A DNA stretch of 63,719 bases, filler included, from Aduncisulcus paluster (GCA_024181965.1; 23 parts of 23 records of this genome joined end to end with filler, not necessarily neighbours in it), one strand, 5' to 3'; counted from the whole stretch's first letter, positions 35,082-47,747 are shown. Translations and numbers: made by a program. Notes: generated by a model not told the origin, from the sequence alone.

Positions 35082-35659
35082 ATGGGATTTAACTGTGAAG
35101 TTTGTAAAAAGCCACTTTTTGGAACAGAGAAAGTTGTTGCTTTAAATTGCGGACACTGTTTCCATGACGCTTGCTGTCCCGAAGGTGAAAACTGCAAAAC
35201 ATGCGCAAAAGAGGTTACTTCTCGTGTTCAAATCTTCCTCGGTAAAGAAGAAGAAGAGGCTCCTGAAGATGCCATCTCATCCCGTCAAACTCAGCTTAAA
35301 GAAATTGAAACTGAAATATCCACTATCTCTGATCGTTATGGGGCTGCCAAAGCCAAGCATGACACTGAAAAGGCTAGATTTGATGCCCAGAAGGCCATTG
35401 TTGATAGTTTAGAGGAAGAATTGAAAGGGCTGACCAAAACCACCACTGACCTTAAGGCTGATGTTAAGAAGAACGAAGTTGAGCTTACTGAGATCACTGA
35501 ACGTTTCTCTGACATTGAAAAGGATAAAGAATTCCATGCACGCGTCACTGTTGCCATTGGGAACCACATGAATCGTTGTGCTGATGCTGGAATCTTAAAA
35601 ACAGTTAACAAAGCCATTGAATTGGTTGACAGGATGAAGGAATCCCCTGATCTTCAATC
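35082..35659 (+). CDS. RING-H2 + coiled-coil protein (3'-partial)
   Basis: CEVC..CGHCFHDAC..CKTC followed by heptad repeats. Confidence 0.85.
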
Positions 35660-35759
35660 NNNNNNNNNNNNNNNNNNNNNNNNNNNNNNNNNNNNNNNNN
35701 NNNTTAATTAATTAANNNNNNNNNNNNNNNNNNNNNNNNNNNNNNNNNNNNNNNNNNNN

Positions 35760-37209
35760 AGAACCGATACTAGTGCGAAGGTGGGACGCTGGTTTTTGTC
35801 ACTCTCAGAGTATTCATTTGACATAATACATGTTGCTGGAGCTCAGAACGGAGCTGCAGATTGTTTATCAAGACTACCTATTAAAAAAGGGCCAGTGAAA
35901 TCGCAGGTCCTCTGCGTACAGCCTATTGGTCTCGAATTCGACGCTAACAATGCTTTGGTGAAGGAACTTTTAGAACTTCAGAAGGAATATCCGGTTGAAG
36001 AGGAACTGGAAAAGACTGAAAATGGTTTATTAGTGCTAAGCTCATCGGCTCTTTATATTCCAGAAGTCGAATCATTCCGAAGGAAACTCATCAAGTGGGC
36101 ACATGCCAGTTTATTGGGTGGACACAAAGGGATTAATGCGACCCTCAAATTCCTCGCAAAAAGAAAAATCAAATGGGCGGGTATCAGAAAAGATATCTCC
36201 CAATTCATCAAGTCGTGCCTGGTGTGTCAACGAGAAAGATTGAAAATCGACGCGCTTAAAAGTTATGGATCAATCATCATTGATCAGCCTTTTAAATCAA
36301 TCGCCGTTGACACCATTGGACCATTCCCTTTGGCCAAATCAGAACATCGCTATTGTCTATCCATTATTGACGAATTTACTCGTTACATTGAAATTTTTCC
36401 TACAAGAACCACCAAAGCTGAAGAAGCTGCGAAAATTCTATATGAAGAATTTATCCTACGTTTCGGTTTGCCTCCTGTGATCAAATCCGACAACGGTCCC
36501 CAATTTGTTAATGCAGTTTGGAGGTGCCTGTTTAATTGGTTGGAGATCAGACATCACCGAACAATACCATATAACCCTCAATCGAATGGTATTATCGAGA
36601 GATCGAACCGTGAACTTTTAAAGTTCCTGAAAGCTTTACTGGTTGGAAAGGAAGGAGGAGATTGGACGGATCAAATTCCAGTTGTTCGGTTTTTGATGAA
36701 CTCTCAAGAACATAGTGTGCTGGGGATCTCTCCGTTCGAGATGGTCTTCGGAAGAGAACCTGATGAATGGCGAGATATATTTGTAAATTCAAAGAGGAAG
36801 GTGATAGCACCTGACTTGGGAAACAAAAAAACGAAAGAAGCTGCCATAACCTTTTCAGAGGGGCTAAAAGAGAAACTTTTGGCACTCAGGGAGAAAGCTA
36901 TTCAACTAAGGTCTAAATCTGTATCAACAGTTGAGACATCTCCTGTGGAGGAAGGTTCTGCTGTTTGGCTCCTGCCTACAAAAAAGAATTCAAAAATATC
37001 TCCTCGATTAAGAGGTCCATTCATTGTAGTAAGTAATCTGGCAAACAATATGATCTCTATTCGAAGTCTCATCGAGGAGGCCACTGTTATGAATGTCCAT
37101 ATTCGTCGTTTGATCGTGGTTAAAGGAGAACACACTCATGAAGAATTAAGGAATATGGCTGCTGCCTCCGAGGGGGAATATTTTATTGAGGCATTAGTGG
37201 ACCATAGAG
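35760..37209 (+). mobile_element. Ty3/gypsy pol fragment: RNase H end, integrase (HHCC, DDE, GPF) and chromodomain start
   Basis: RWFLSLSEY..AADCLSR; H..GHKG..CLVC; DTIG/SDNG/ERSN; RGPF; YFIEALVDHR. The ORF is uninterrupted. Confidence 0.95.
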
Positions 37210-37309
37210 NNNNNNNNNNNNNNNNNNNNNNNNNNNNNNNNNNNNNNNNNNNNTTAATTAATTAANNNNNNNNNNNNNNNNNNNNNNNNNNNNNNNNNNN
37301 NNNNNNNNN

Positions 37310-39408
37310 TTACTACCTTCTTCAATCGCATCTGGGACCTTATCGCTGCTATGATCAAGCTCCAACCTACTCTCTTCTCCTTGGACAGCCCTGATTCTCT
37401 CTTTGGAGAGCTCAAGGAACTTCTCGAGGCTATGGTCGCTGTGTCCGTCAAACGTGCCGACGAAGGTGAAGACTATGCCTTTCATATTCCTCTTGTTGTA
37501 TCTGTCTTCACTCTGTACTATGGTTTGGATGATCGTAAACGTGTTATCAGCGAGCTCTGTGACACTGTCTACAAGTTGATGTGTGAGGGTGATCTCATTG
37601 CTATGTCTGATCGTCCAAGTTTGTTCAATATTCCCAAGATGAATACGTTTGGAATCTGGTATAAAAAAATCACAGGATTCGAAATCATAGATGAGCGTTC
37701 ACGTGCTGAGAAGGAATTAAGACGTAAAATTGAACTTCCATTTATTGAAAAACACTTAACCTATAATCCTTACCCACAGCCTCGTACATCTCTTATTAAC
37801 TCTGCGAGGAAATTGAAAGCATGGAGACACAGGTTTTACGTCTCAAGACCCTATGGTTCTTTCCCTCTTGTAACTTTGCCTGCTTACGATACTACCCACC
37901 CTTCTCTTCCTCCTCCACGTGATCTGGTTGAGTTCTGGGCAGATCTTACTTATCCCGATAAGATTTACAAGGATTGGTATGAATATCCCGTTGGAAATCT
38001 GAAGACTGTGTGCGATACGTTCTTTGACAAGTTCATTGAAGCTGCCAAGATCGACAGAGGAAGTGAGAAGTGCTGTGAAGAGAAGGAATGCAAGGATGAA
38101 TGTGAGAAGGATGAGGATTGTTGCTGTTCTCGTCCCGATTCAAAACCCTGCTCTTTGTGTGAAAGAATTATTCTATTGTTGACAAGTTGTGTGATCAGTT
38201 TGCAACTTACTAAACACAACAGGAGGACTGTTCTTGAGATTCCTGACCATGTGTTAAATACTGTCACTAACTTCTGTGGCCGTAAAACCTTTAGTGCAAT
38301 TTATCCCATCTTTAGCAGCAACGAGAAGTATCTTGAAGAACGGAATAAGCGAGTCCTCTTCACCAATGCCAATCAGAAGAAGTTGTTCGTTTTCCAACAA
38401 CTTAACTCTCTCCAACAACCTCCTGTTGCTATGCCTTTAGAATGCATCAACAAGAAGAAGATCCCTCCAGCTGTGAGATACACCTCTTCCAATGCCGATA
38501 AGGTTGTCACAAAGGTTGTTAAGGCTCGAGTGCCTGTTGTCAATGATCTTAAGTTCCGTAACACCCGAAAGCTTGTCACTCTTGACGAGGGAACCTATGC
38601 CTTTGATGCATTCACTCTTACTTCATGCAGGGCTGGTCACCTTGGAAAGAAGATCAGCGAAGTTCTCACTCAAGGTAACTCTTGTGCCCACACTTCCACA
38701 ATAATGACATGCTCTGCCCTTCCCTCTCTCTTTTTCAAGGATCGTGCTGAGATTGTTGCTCACGTTTGTAAGGTTCTCAGCAACGTATTTAAGGAAGGTG
38801 TTAACGCTGGCGACAATGTTTCCCGTCTCAACGAACTGGGTGTCATTATTCACAAGCTTGGATTCATTGCCTTGACACGTTCTGAAGGTGTGTCCCTGTG
38901 GGAGAGTCTTCGTCCATTCTGGAGGAAGAAGAGTGTCCGTAATGCCATTAATACCAGGTTCTTGCAGACTATCCTTATATTCCTTGGTTCTCTCCTCTAT
39001 TTGGATTCTCAGTATATCTTTGATCTCTTCGAGTTGATGAACAGTGTCGAGAGTGAGAAACAACGTGCCATCATTGCTGCTTCCATTCTCCGTGTTACTC
39101 CTTCCCTTCGAGCCAGGACTGAGGAAGAAGTCAAGGTCTGGGGTGATCGTCTTGTGTGTGTTCTTGAGGGCAGAACTTATGAACCTGATGAAGATGATGA
39201 AGAGGAGGAGGAGGAGGAAGAAATTGCCAAATCCATCTCCAAGTCTGTCATTTCAAAGAAGGACAATAAGGCTATGCGTGTCATTGTTGGAAAGACTGTC
39301 TTCAATCTTATTTCTAAGCTTACTGATGAGTTTGGTCGTATTGCTAACCCCAATTCCGATGTCTTTATTTCCACTCTCATTTCCAAGGTTTCCGATGCTT
39401 CAACTCTC
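37310..39408 (+). CDS. Large helical-repeat protein fragment, possibly PA200/Blm10-like
   Basis: 700-codon ORF with strong codon bias. DKIYKDWYEYP and EKQRAIIAASILR only loosely recall PSME4, so the product is uncertain. Confidence 0.35.
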
Positions 39409-39508
39409 NNNNNNNNNNNNNNNNNNNNNNNNNNNNNNNNNNNNNNNNNNNNTTAATTAATTAANNNNNNNNNNNNNNNNNNNNNNNNNNNNNNNNNNNN
39501 NNNNNNNN

Positions 39509-40492
39509 CGTACAATATAGTTTAAGAAACCGTGTTATTACTGCAACATGGCGTGAAACTTCGACAGCTCTATGTCGGATTCTTTTGACGATCTTTGGAG
39601 GAAATATTTTCGATGTACTAAACTTATGTGTCAGGGAAGTTCTGAATAATCTTCTTAAATTAGTGGTGTCAAAAATAAGGCCGGCGATAGAGTATACCAA
39701 ACCATTATTCTCATACCACGTTCCTTTCCCTTCAATCTCACACGATATAACATTTGGTAAATCAATAGGAAGGAAGTGCCATTCATACCAATGTTTAGGT
39801 CTTGTGAATTCATACTTCTTAAATGTCTTCTTGCCATCGCAATCAGTAAAAGAGAAGAGAAGAGTGGGTGAACTCCAATTCCTATGGACACATATATAAG
39901 CACCTTTCATCGTACTAGGTGATGAAAAAGGTATGTAAAGATCGGAAAACACGACAAATTCCCCCCCTTTCAACATTCTTTGGGCATTTGAACTCTGATC
40001 ATATAACTCAGATTCCTTAGTAAACCTTGCACTGTTACACTTAACAATTGGGATTGAAAGATCTACAAGCTTTGGATCATCACGTGGAATGGGACTAGAA
40101 TAACCACCTCCTTCCTTTACAAACACCGAGTTCACAATTGGAGCTTCAGACCATAGTTTCTCTCTGGCTTCACGAGTTTTGCGTTCTTCAGAGGTTTCTT
40201 TTCTAATAAAAACTAGAGATTGGATCTTAAAATACTCTTTCTTTCTTCCTTTCCCTGTAATCTCACACAGAACAACATCAGGGAGATCAACAGGAAGGAA
40301 ATACCAATAATAGCCTTTAAATCCAGGAAACTCGTATTTCTTGGGGGTTTTATCACCCTTTGAAGAGATGAAATTGAAGATAAGATGTGATGGAGGTAAA
40401 GAATCACCATTAAGACAGATATAAGCACCATGAACTTCATGCGATTGAATTGGAGAAGAGGAAGAGAAAGGAATGGAGATATTTGTGGCCAA
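39509..40492 (-). CDS. Lineage-specific protein with two tandem 'SIPF..GAYIC..KKYEF..FLPVDL' domains
   Basis: Two clearly homologous domains in one ORF; paralogs at about 11.9, 60.5 and 63.6 kb. Confidence 0.7.
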
Positions 40493-40947
40493 ACTAAACT
40501 ATAATGCGGTCCAATTTATTAATAAACAGATCTCGAGCGAACCAATCTATTTTTAGAATGTCCCTGAGAATGGTCACCACATCCTCCTCTCACTTGAAGA
40601 GGTCATCTCATGGCCGAAACCCTGTTCTCCTCTTCGTGATCATTCTCTTGGCGTAACAAACAACTATTATTTAAGCAAACAACACTCTTTGACCCGTTTA
40701 TAGTAGCATATACCGGCTACAGACGGTATTCTGATCAAAATGGGCGCATGACGCATACAGCATCAATGCAAACATGAACACACATACAATCACAATCAAA
40801 TGGCGTACACATACAACACATAACACGACATATGGCGTACACACAACNNNNNNNNNNNNNNNNNNNNNNNNNNNNNNNNNNNNNNNNNNNNTTAATTAAT
40901 TAANNNNNNNNNNNNNNNNNNNNNNNNNNNNNNNNNNNNNNNNNNNN

Positions 40948-41765
40948 GACCCACATTTGCAGGGAAGGAGATCTGCAGATGTGTCTGCTGTATGACTGTA
41001 ATCAACTGTGATCTCAACGCCCGGTTCAATAACTTTTTGAGCTCGAAAGATGAGTAGATGGCCAACAAGTTCAAATGCTGCATTGGGATCGCAAGAGTGG
41101 TTAACATATTTCATTGGACAGAAGGATTTTTCTGCATCTACCCACTTATGATCTTTGAAAGTCATCCCATACCTGGATATTGACGAAACAGCTGCTCCTG
41201 TGACGGTCGTGGAGGACATTTGTTTACCCCAATATTCTCCAATATACTCTCCTGGGAAGATTGTACGCCGACTAAACACCCCTAACCCATCAATTGGACT
41301 GCGTTTGACTCGATAGGGGTAGCCCACACCTCCAAATTCGATACATGAGTCGGGCAATTGGTCTGGCTGTTTCTTTGAATAGCCTAGCAGAGTGGGAAGA
41401 TACATAAAGTCGGCAAATGTCTCTGGAGATATCTTAAATTGCCCGATCAACTCACAGAAAGGTCGGTACCAATTGATAGGAACGGACATGTATTCCCTTG
41501 CTTGTTTTTCCGACATTCGAGAAAAAGCCCTGCGTGCATACCCAAAGGTCATGGTAGTATGCTGACCGAATAACGAGACAAACCCGACATCAGAATCTTC
41601 CATAATATCCTTAGAGAACGGGTAAGTAGGGACGAAGATACGAAAGCGATATAAAAATGGTAGTGTCTCGGAAAACGTTTTATAACCCAAGATTACGGCA
41701 ACAGTTTTTATATGTGCCACCAATTGAACATTTCCCAGTTCAGGAAGTTTTTCCATTGTTAACAA
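40948..41765 (-). CDS. SET-domain lysine methyltransferase with post-SET (3'-partial)
   Basis: GLGVFS..IFPGEYIGEYWG, YVNHSCDPN, EITVDY, CKCG. Confidence 0.92.
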
Positions 41766-42953
41766 AATGTGGTCGAGCTAATACAGAAAATCACCCTGGA
41801 CGTTTATGCATAAAGAGGTCGCCGCAATGGTCCATAGACACAATATAACAATCAAACTATAATAAAATAATTATAATAGTTGCATAATAATGATAAAAAA
41901 AAAGAAAATCATCGACCTGAAGGCGAGAAGTGGGGCAAGTCTAGTTTAGAATATAAATATAAAATAATGCATTAAATAGTCTTTATTATAACTTTAATAA
42001 TATATATATATGTTATTTATATATATTTATCATCACAACAAAAGCGGCGAAAAAAGGCACTTTTTGGCTTATAATAAAAAAAAATAATATAATTTATATG
42101 GCTCCGTATATATAGGTTAATAAATTAAAATTCGTTATAATTTATTCGTAGTCGTTAAAAAGATACAGGCCTTGCGAAATCGGTTTTTTTCATAAAACGC
42201 CCCTTATAGTCAGTCACCTGAAAATTATTTACTCTATTTTAATGTAGATAAATAATCCCATGTCAGTTTTTCCAGGTATTAGGTGACAGTACGTTTCATT
42301 GAAAAAAAAATTATTGATTTTTTTTTTGGTTCAGCGTTCTATCAGAAGAATGACATACTTGTGTATGTTACACGATTTTGACAATTTTATTTATATTTGT
42401 TGCAATTTTATTTATAACATATCTAATATTTAGTGGAGTTCAATCGGGTACTAGTGGCAACTGTTGGCGACTTCCAACCATCTTCGAGAGCAGTTGATTC
42501 TGACGAAGATGCAGACTGCTTCTATCAGGCCGTTTTGTCCCAGATTCTGCCTGAAAAGATGGTCAGGCCTATGGCCAAAGCCCTGAAAGCCAAAACGGTT
42601 TTTGAATTGTTTTGGACAGGCCGGATACCCGAAGAGGAGGCTATTGAGGGTCTTCTNNNNNNNNNNNNNNNNNNNNNNNNNNNNNNNNNNNNNNNNNNNN
42701 TTAATTAATTAANNNNNNNNNNNNNNNNNNNNNNNNNNNNNNNNNNNNNNNNNNNNTGTAGAAATCGTTGTCTTGAAAATTTCAAGTTGAAATTGTCATC
42801 GTTCAGTTAGAAAATATATCATATAATTGCTATTTCTAACTTACAACAACATCAAGGCCAGTAAAACTGAAATATCATTTTATTCCTCACCATCGGATTT
42901 GGAAGAGGTACTTCGGATGTATTTCTTGTGTGTTTTCTTGACAATCACATCAA

Positions 42954-45089
42954 ATGAAGACTTGTAAAATATATAGAGATGATTCTGAGATAGCCTCTTT
43001 TCAGATTTCATCGACAGAAACCATCGAAAGTGTTCTAAAACGTTCTCGTTTTGCCATTGATTCATTGGGTGAGAGATTATCACTTCCTTCCTCTCTCACT
43101 TCATTTCCCATTAAAGTCCAATCTAAAACTGAGCCACTAAGCATCACCATTGCAGAGACATGTGGATATAACCCTTCATCTTTGCGAGTATCTTCAGATA
43201 AGAAACTTGGGGAATGGCTCCAACAATATCTCATGAAAAAGAACAAATCAGAAGATTCCATTTCAATTGTGGGAGATAAACTCAAATTTATCCGTTCTAA
43301 ACAATCCAAATCTAAGGCTACTTCTTGTGACATTTCTTTCCAACGAACCATCCGTCTTCCTGAAGAACGCGGAAGTCATGAACTTCCTCCTGGATTCGGT
43401 ACCCTTCCACTTCGTCAAGTGCATGCCTTGCGTTCAAAATCTCGTCCCACGAAACCTACCTGGGGAGAGGACGATTTCCTGTTCCCTCTTCACGAAACAG
43501 AAGCTATGTATGTCGACTTTGGTGGAGAAGAGTGTCTTGTCATGGTGTCTCTCGGACGAACAAATGCTGTGAGCGGTGATACCACATCTGCCCCCTGCTC
43601 TGATCCTCAAAATTATGTTCAGAGACCTGCTCAACGTTGGCTTGATGGATGTAAGACGGACGATGGGACTGTAAAGCAATTCACTGCTGTGCAAAAAGGC
43701 TCGTCTGCCAGTGTTGAATCCCAGCTTAAGCGTGAAGACTTTGGAGGTTTGTCGATTCGTGTGTTCTTCCCACTAATGTTCAAGCCATCTGAAGTAACTT
43801 TCACAATTGGCGATAAAACTTTTACTGAGAAAGATCTGTTCAAACCTCTCCATGAACTTGGCTTGTCTATTGGTTCAACTATCAATCTCAGCATGAAACC
43901 AACGGTAATCCGAACGATCAACTCTTTCAAAGAACTTGAGAGGACAACAGTCGGTGAACTTCCCATTGATCGAGATATTCTTCGTCTTGAAGTTCAACAA
44001 ATACGTCGAAGGTCTGAGTTACGGAGAAAGGAAGATCCCGCTCATTCACGAATCATGGCACACGATGAGAGAGATGAGATGGAAAGACTTCGTGGGGAAT
44101 TGGAGGAAAAGGATGAAATTAGGGATATTCATGAAATTATTCGGGAAATTAAACGCAATATGGAGTGTCATACTGCCTCAATTGAAGCCTCAATGGATAC
44201 TGTTTCATGTTTTGATATTGATGAAGATTGTGATGAAAAGGCGGCGAAACCCGAACGTAAATCGTTGTTCGGTCGGATATTCGGCAAAAAGAAAACTCGA
44301 GAAGACTCAATTAAATGTATGATAAAGAGTCCTAGAGAATACGAGGAATGTGCAAGGATGAAAGAATCCTCACCAACCAAGAAGAGATCCATTTCAAGCA
44401 AGAAGATATCCAAAAAGGATTCTCAAGTGAAGCTTGGCAAGGAAATGAGTCTTGGTGCAGGTGCAGCCATCACTCAGAAGGTGTATAAAAGCTCTCGTTC
44501 GCTCTCTGATTATGATATTTACTTCCCTCTTGTCGCCAGAGTTCGGATCTGTGATGAAATATTGTGGGCTGCCGTGACAAGCTTATTACCTCCACGTATT
44601 CCAAGCCCTTCTTATTACCCTGCCAAGTATAGAAGCCTCCCCTTTTTCTCTGTTAAGGATTCTAGACTCAAGGATGTGAAGGCGTCAAATGTGCTTGCGA
44701 TGATCCAAAGCCTTGAACAGATGACCGGAGATCGTCCAGCAGAAGTTGATGTTGGATCAATCCATTCGATCCCCATTCATGGTCAAAAGGACATTGAAAA
44801 GGAGCAACCCATAAGTCCTCCCAGCCCTCAACCAAGTGAGGATCCATCCACTCCTTCTGGGATGTCAAAAGAAGATGCTGTGAAATGTGCAGAGATCCAA
44901 TCTGAGATCTCTTCCATGGAGTTTGAGAAGAAAAAGTTCGAGTTAACTTGCTTGAAAATGAAGAAGCAGATGCAAGAGAGCGATATTGATTTGTCCATGG
45001 ATATCATGGAAATTGAGGTTAAAATTGCCGAAGTTGATATGAAAATATCTCAACGGAAGAAGGATCTTGCGTTGCTAATGGTGAAATGA
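42954..45089 (+). CDS. Uncharacterised 'FQRT.R.P / LPPG / QRWLDG' family protein with ubiquitin-like segments and C-terminal coiled coil
   Basis: ISFQRTIRLPE, LPPGFG, PLHETEAMYVDF, NAVSG, QNYV..QRWLDG..DGTVKQF, SVESQL, EMSLGAGAAITQKV. Confidence 0.7.
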   Translation: MKTCKIYRDDSEIASFQISSTETIESVLKRSRFAIDSLGERLSLPSSLTSFPIKVQSKTEPLSITIAETCGYNPSSLRVSSDKKLGEWLQQYLMKKNKSEDSISIVGDKLKFIRSKQSKSKATSCDISFQRTIRLPEERGSHELPPGFGTLPLRQVHALRSKSRPTKPTWGEDDFLFPLHETEAMYVDFGGEECLVMVSLGRTNAVSGDTTSAPCSDPQNYVQRPAQRWLDGCKTDDGTVKQFTAVQKGSSASVESQLKREDFGGLSIRVFFPLMFKPSEVTFTIGDKTFTEKDLFKPLHELGLSIGSTINLSMKPTVIRTINSFKELERTTVGELPIDRDILRLEVQQIRRRSELRRKEDPAHSRIMAHDERDEMERLRGELEEKDEIRDIHEIIREIKRNMECHTASIEASMDTVSCFDIDEDCDEKAAKPERKSLFGRIFGKKKTREDSIKCMIKSPREYEECARMKESSPTKKRSISSKKISKKDSQVKLGKEMSLGAGAAITQKVYKSSRSLSDYDIYFPLVARVRICDEILWAAVTSLLPPRIPSPSYYPAKYRSLPFFSVKDSRLKDVKASNVLAMIQSLEQMTGDRPAEVDVGSIHSIPIHGQKDIEKEQPISPPSPQPSEDPSTPSGMSKEDAVKCAEIQSEISSMEFEKKKFELTCLKMKKQMQESDIDLSMDIMEIEVKIAEVDMKISQRKKDLALLMVK

Positions 45090-46202
45090 TTCAACGAATG
45101 CGAATGAATGTAACATCATGTTTCAGATAGTTCTTAAATCTTCTATTTCATCTGCTTTCATATCTTAATGAGTTGGTAGTTTAGTTTTTTTTAGTTTTAT
45201 TAGTCGTTCAGTTTTGTTCATTGTCTAAGGTTTGTTGATCGAACTGTGTTTCCATATTTCTATATAGACTCTCAAATATATGAGAAATAGTTTATTACAA
45301 TAGTTTATAATAATTCTTGTTTTTTCACTCTTGTTGTTTATCGTTGTTTTTTTGCATTTCTTTTTCACGCGATCCATATCATTGATAATCAAAGAATAAA
45401 CCATTGCTGGTGATACCTATTATTGTTCTATTTTCTATTGAAGCTATGAGATATCACCTTCATATCGGGGATTAATCATAATCTTCATAATATCTGACAA
45501 GGACTTGTTCGGTTCTGTGCAATCCTATTCATCACACACTTCAATATTCCCGATCAATATTAATTATACAACACACACAATTCTACATTAGTTTGGATTC
45601 GAGGAATGATGTTGAATGAACACCAATCGCAAGGCATATGAAGGCATATCACCTATTTCACGACGTATTTCACCTTCCGAAATGAAAATAGAAAGTCGAT
45701 GTTCTAAAAATAGATTTTCTAAAAATAGAAATACAATTTACTATTTCAGTCAATTTCATTATATTTACACGTTTTCATCGATAATAATCAACAATTCATA
45801 CATATCATGCAAAATAGCTGATGTTTCAATTCTCATCGAATGTGAAGTTTCCATGATATGTCTTGGAGAGAAAACGAGGTTACAAATCGATATTTGTTAT
45901 AATGGGATCAAATGCCCGCATATCCATGAAAAAAGACAAACCAAAGTTCTAAAAATAGAAAATCTAAAAATAGAATTCAAATTATCGAATGTTCCTAATC
46001 CAGTTATATTCTTGATTTTAGCATCGAAGTCCATTGCAAAGTTGTAAATATATGAGAATCAAGATCAAATTCCCATGTCTTGTGAGGATCAAGATGAGCC
46101 ACTTCAGCTAAGAGGGAATTTGAAACTCAACAAAGAAATCCCTCCAAATATTTTGGAATTTGGGAGGTTTCACTTTTACATTTATCATTCCTCGCTTCCA
46201 CT

Positions 46203-46895
46203 TCATTGAATCATACCTCCGCTAATGTTATAGGGTTTTTCATTGAACAATAGCTCTACTCCAGCACTAGTCCTTTCTATAAGATCATAGAGAGATTGTC
46301 TCAAGACCCTTTCGTCACGAACGGTCATCGAAACAAGCAAATAACTCGGCGAAAAGTATTTCCTTGGTTCCATCTCGCTTTGTTTCACGGTCATCGAGTC
46401 TGAAATTTGACAAAGCTTCCCTCGTTGTTTGATAAAGTCAATGTTTATACGATTTCCAGAAACAATATTAAAATATGCGATTGGGTCCCCTTTATAAACT
46501 CTGTTTTTAACAGCCATCACAACAGAGAGATGAGTTGCACAACAATACCCATCACGTGGAGATGGTAAAACTTCGAAAAAGGGAATTAGTAATACAATTG
46601 GAATATAACAAACAAGTTTTCGCAATTGTTTATGTGCGAATCCAAAGTGCAATGATAGGTTCGTTTCAAAGTCACCAATTCTTTTCTGGTATTTCTTGGA
46701 GCATTTCTGGGTTTGACGGATGATTGGAGCAATTTTGCATAGATAGTGTTCATTTCGTCCGTTATTGGAAGATGAAAGAGTCCTCAATTTCTGGATATAA
46801 GTATTCGAAATCTCAAGAATTGAATCATATATGGAATCAGATTCTCCAAATATCCGATTAATTCCAACTAAATGGTCAAAGAATGTTGAAATCAA
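46203..46895 (-). CDS. Hypothetical protein (upstream part appears degraded)
   Basis: 230-aa ORF without an ATG start; broken ORFs at 47026-47418. Confidence 0.35.
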   Translation of the reverse strand: MISTFFDHLVGINRIFGESDSIYDSILEISNTYIQKLRTLSSSNNGRNEHYLCKIAPIIRQTQKCSKKYQKRIGDFETNLSLHFGFAHKQLRKLVCYIPIVLLIPFFEVLPSPRDGYCCATHLSVVMAVKNRVYKGDPIAYFNIVSGNRINIDFIKQRGKLCQISDSMTVKQSEMEPRKYFSPSYLLVSMTVRDERVLRQSLYDLIERTSAGVELLFNEKPYNISGGMIQ

Positions 46896-47747
46896 ATCAC
46901 GATAATCACGATAGGAAGTGCAAGCATAATGCTGGCACCTTTCTTCTTTGGTCTAACAAGTTTAATCAGGCAAGAACACAACTCAATAAGTTTCTTTTGA
47001 GCAATGGTCTGTTCCCTGGATACAATTAATTATTACAAAACACATCGAGAATGTCCTTTCGACATCTTCTATAGAGTGATGAAACAACTAACAGAACACT
47101 TCTCAATTTCAACTTCAAGATCGTTCCAAGATTCATATGGAAAAGAACAGTTTCTGATATATTTCGCATAATAACCTGAAGATGCTCCATGGTGCATGCA
47201 CCATTCCATCTGAGCATCATTAGGATCCAGGTTTCGAAGTTCCCACCGAGCATCACTTGATTGTTTCCTATCATTAAGGGGTATATTCTCACCAAATAAA
47301 CATAAACACTTGAAACATAGGATAAAGAAGGATTGATTCGACATGAAAGCCGAAGTGGAAGAGAAAGAAGTGAAGCAAGCCAGGATACGGGGAGTGGATT
47401 TTCCACAAAGATCTGCAATCTTCTCTTTTCTATAGGATTTGATCAGAGTTTTGATCTTCTCAAATTGAGAATCTCAATTATCGATTTGAGATCAGAAGAG
47501 TCATCCAAAAAGTAGTAAACTGGATATGATTAGAAATTATAGAGATTTTTGTTTTCAAAACATTGTTTACGTTAAATCATCAGGAAATATACAATAATAA
47601 ACGAGAAAACACTTCAAAACGACAAAAACAACCTAAGAATGTAATAAAAATAAATTTAATTCTGCAAAAATCTTTGTATTGTTAGAAAACTCCGAAAAAC
47701 TCAGTCTATTTTTTATTTTATGATAAATATCATTCCTTTTAGAATTC

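Noticed and set aside
40948..45089. Apparent clustering of SET, integrase, chromodomain and Ubl-family genes as a system
   Set aside because: They lie on separate contigs joined arbitrarily, so adjacency across linkers is meaningless.
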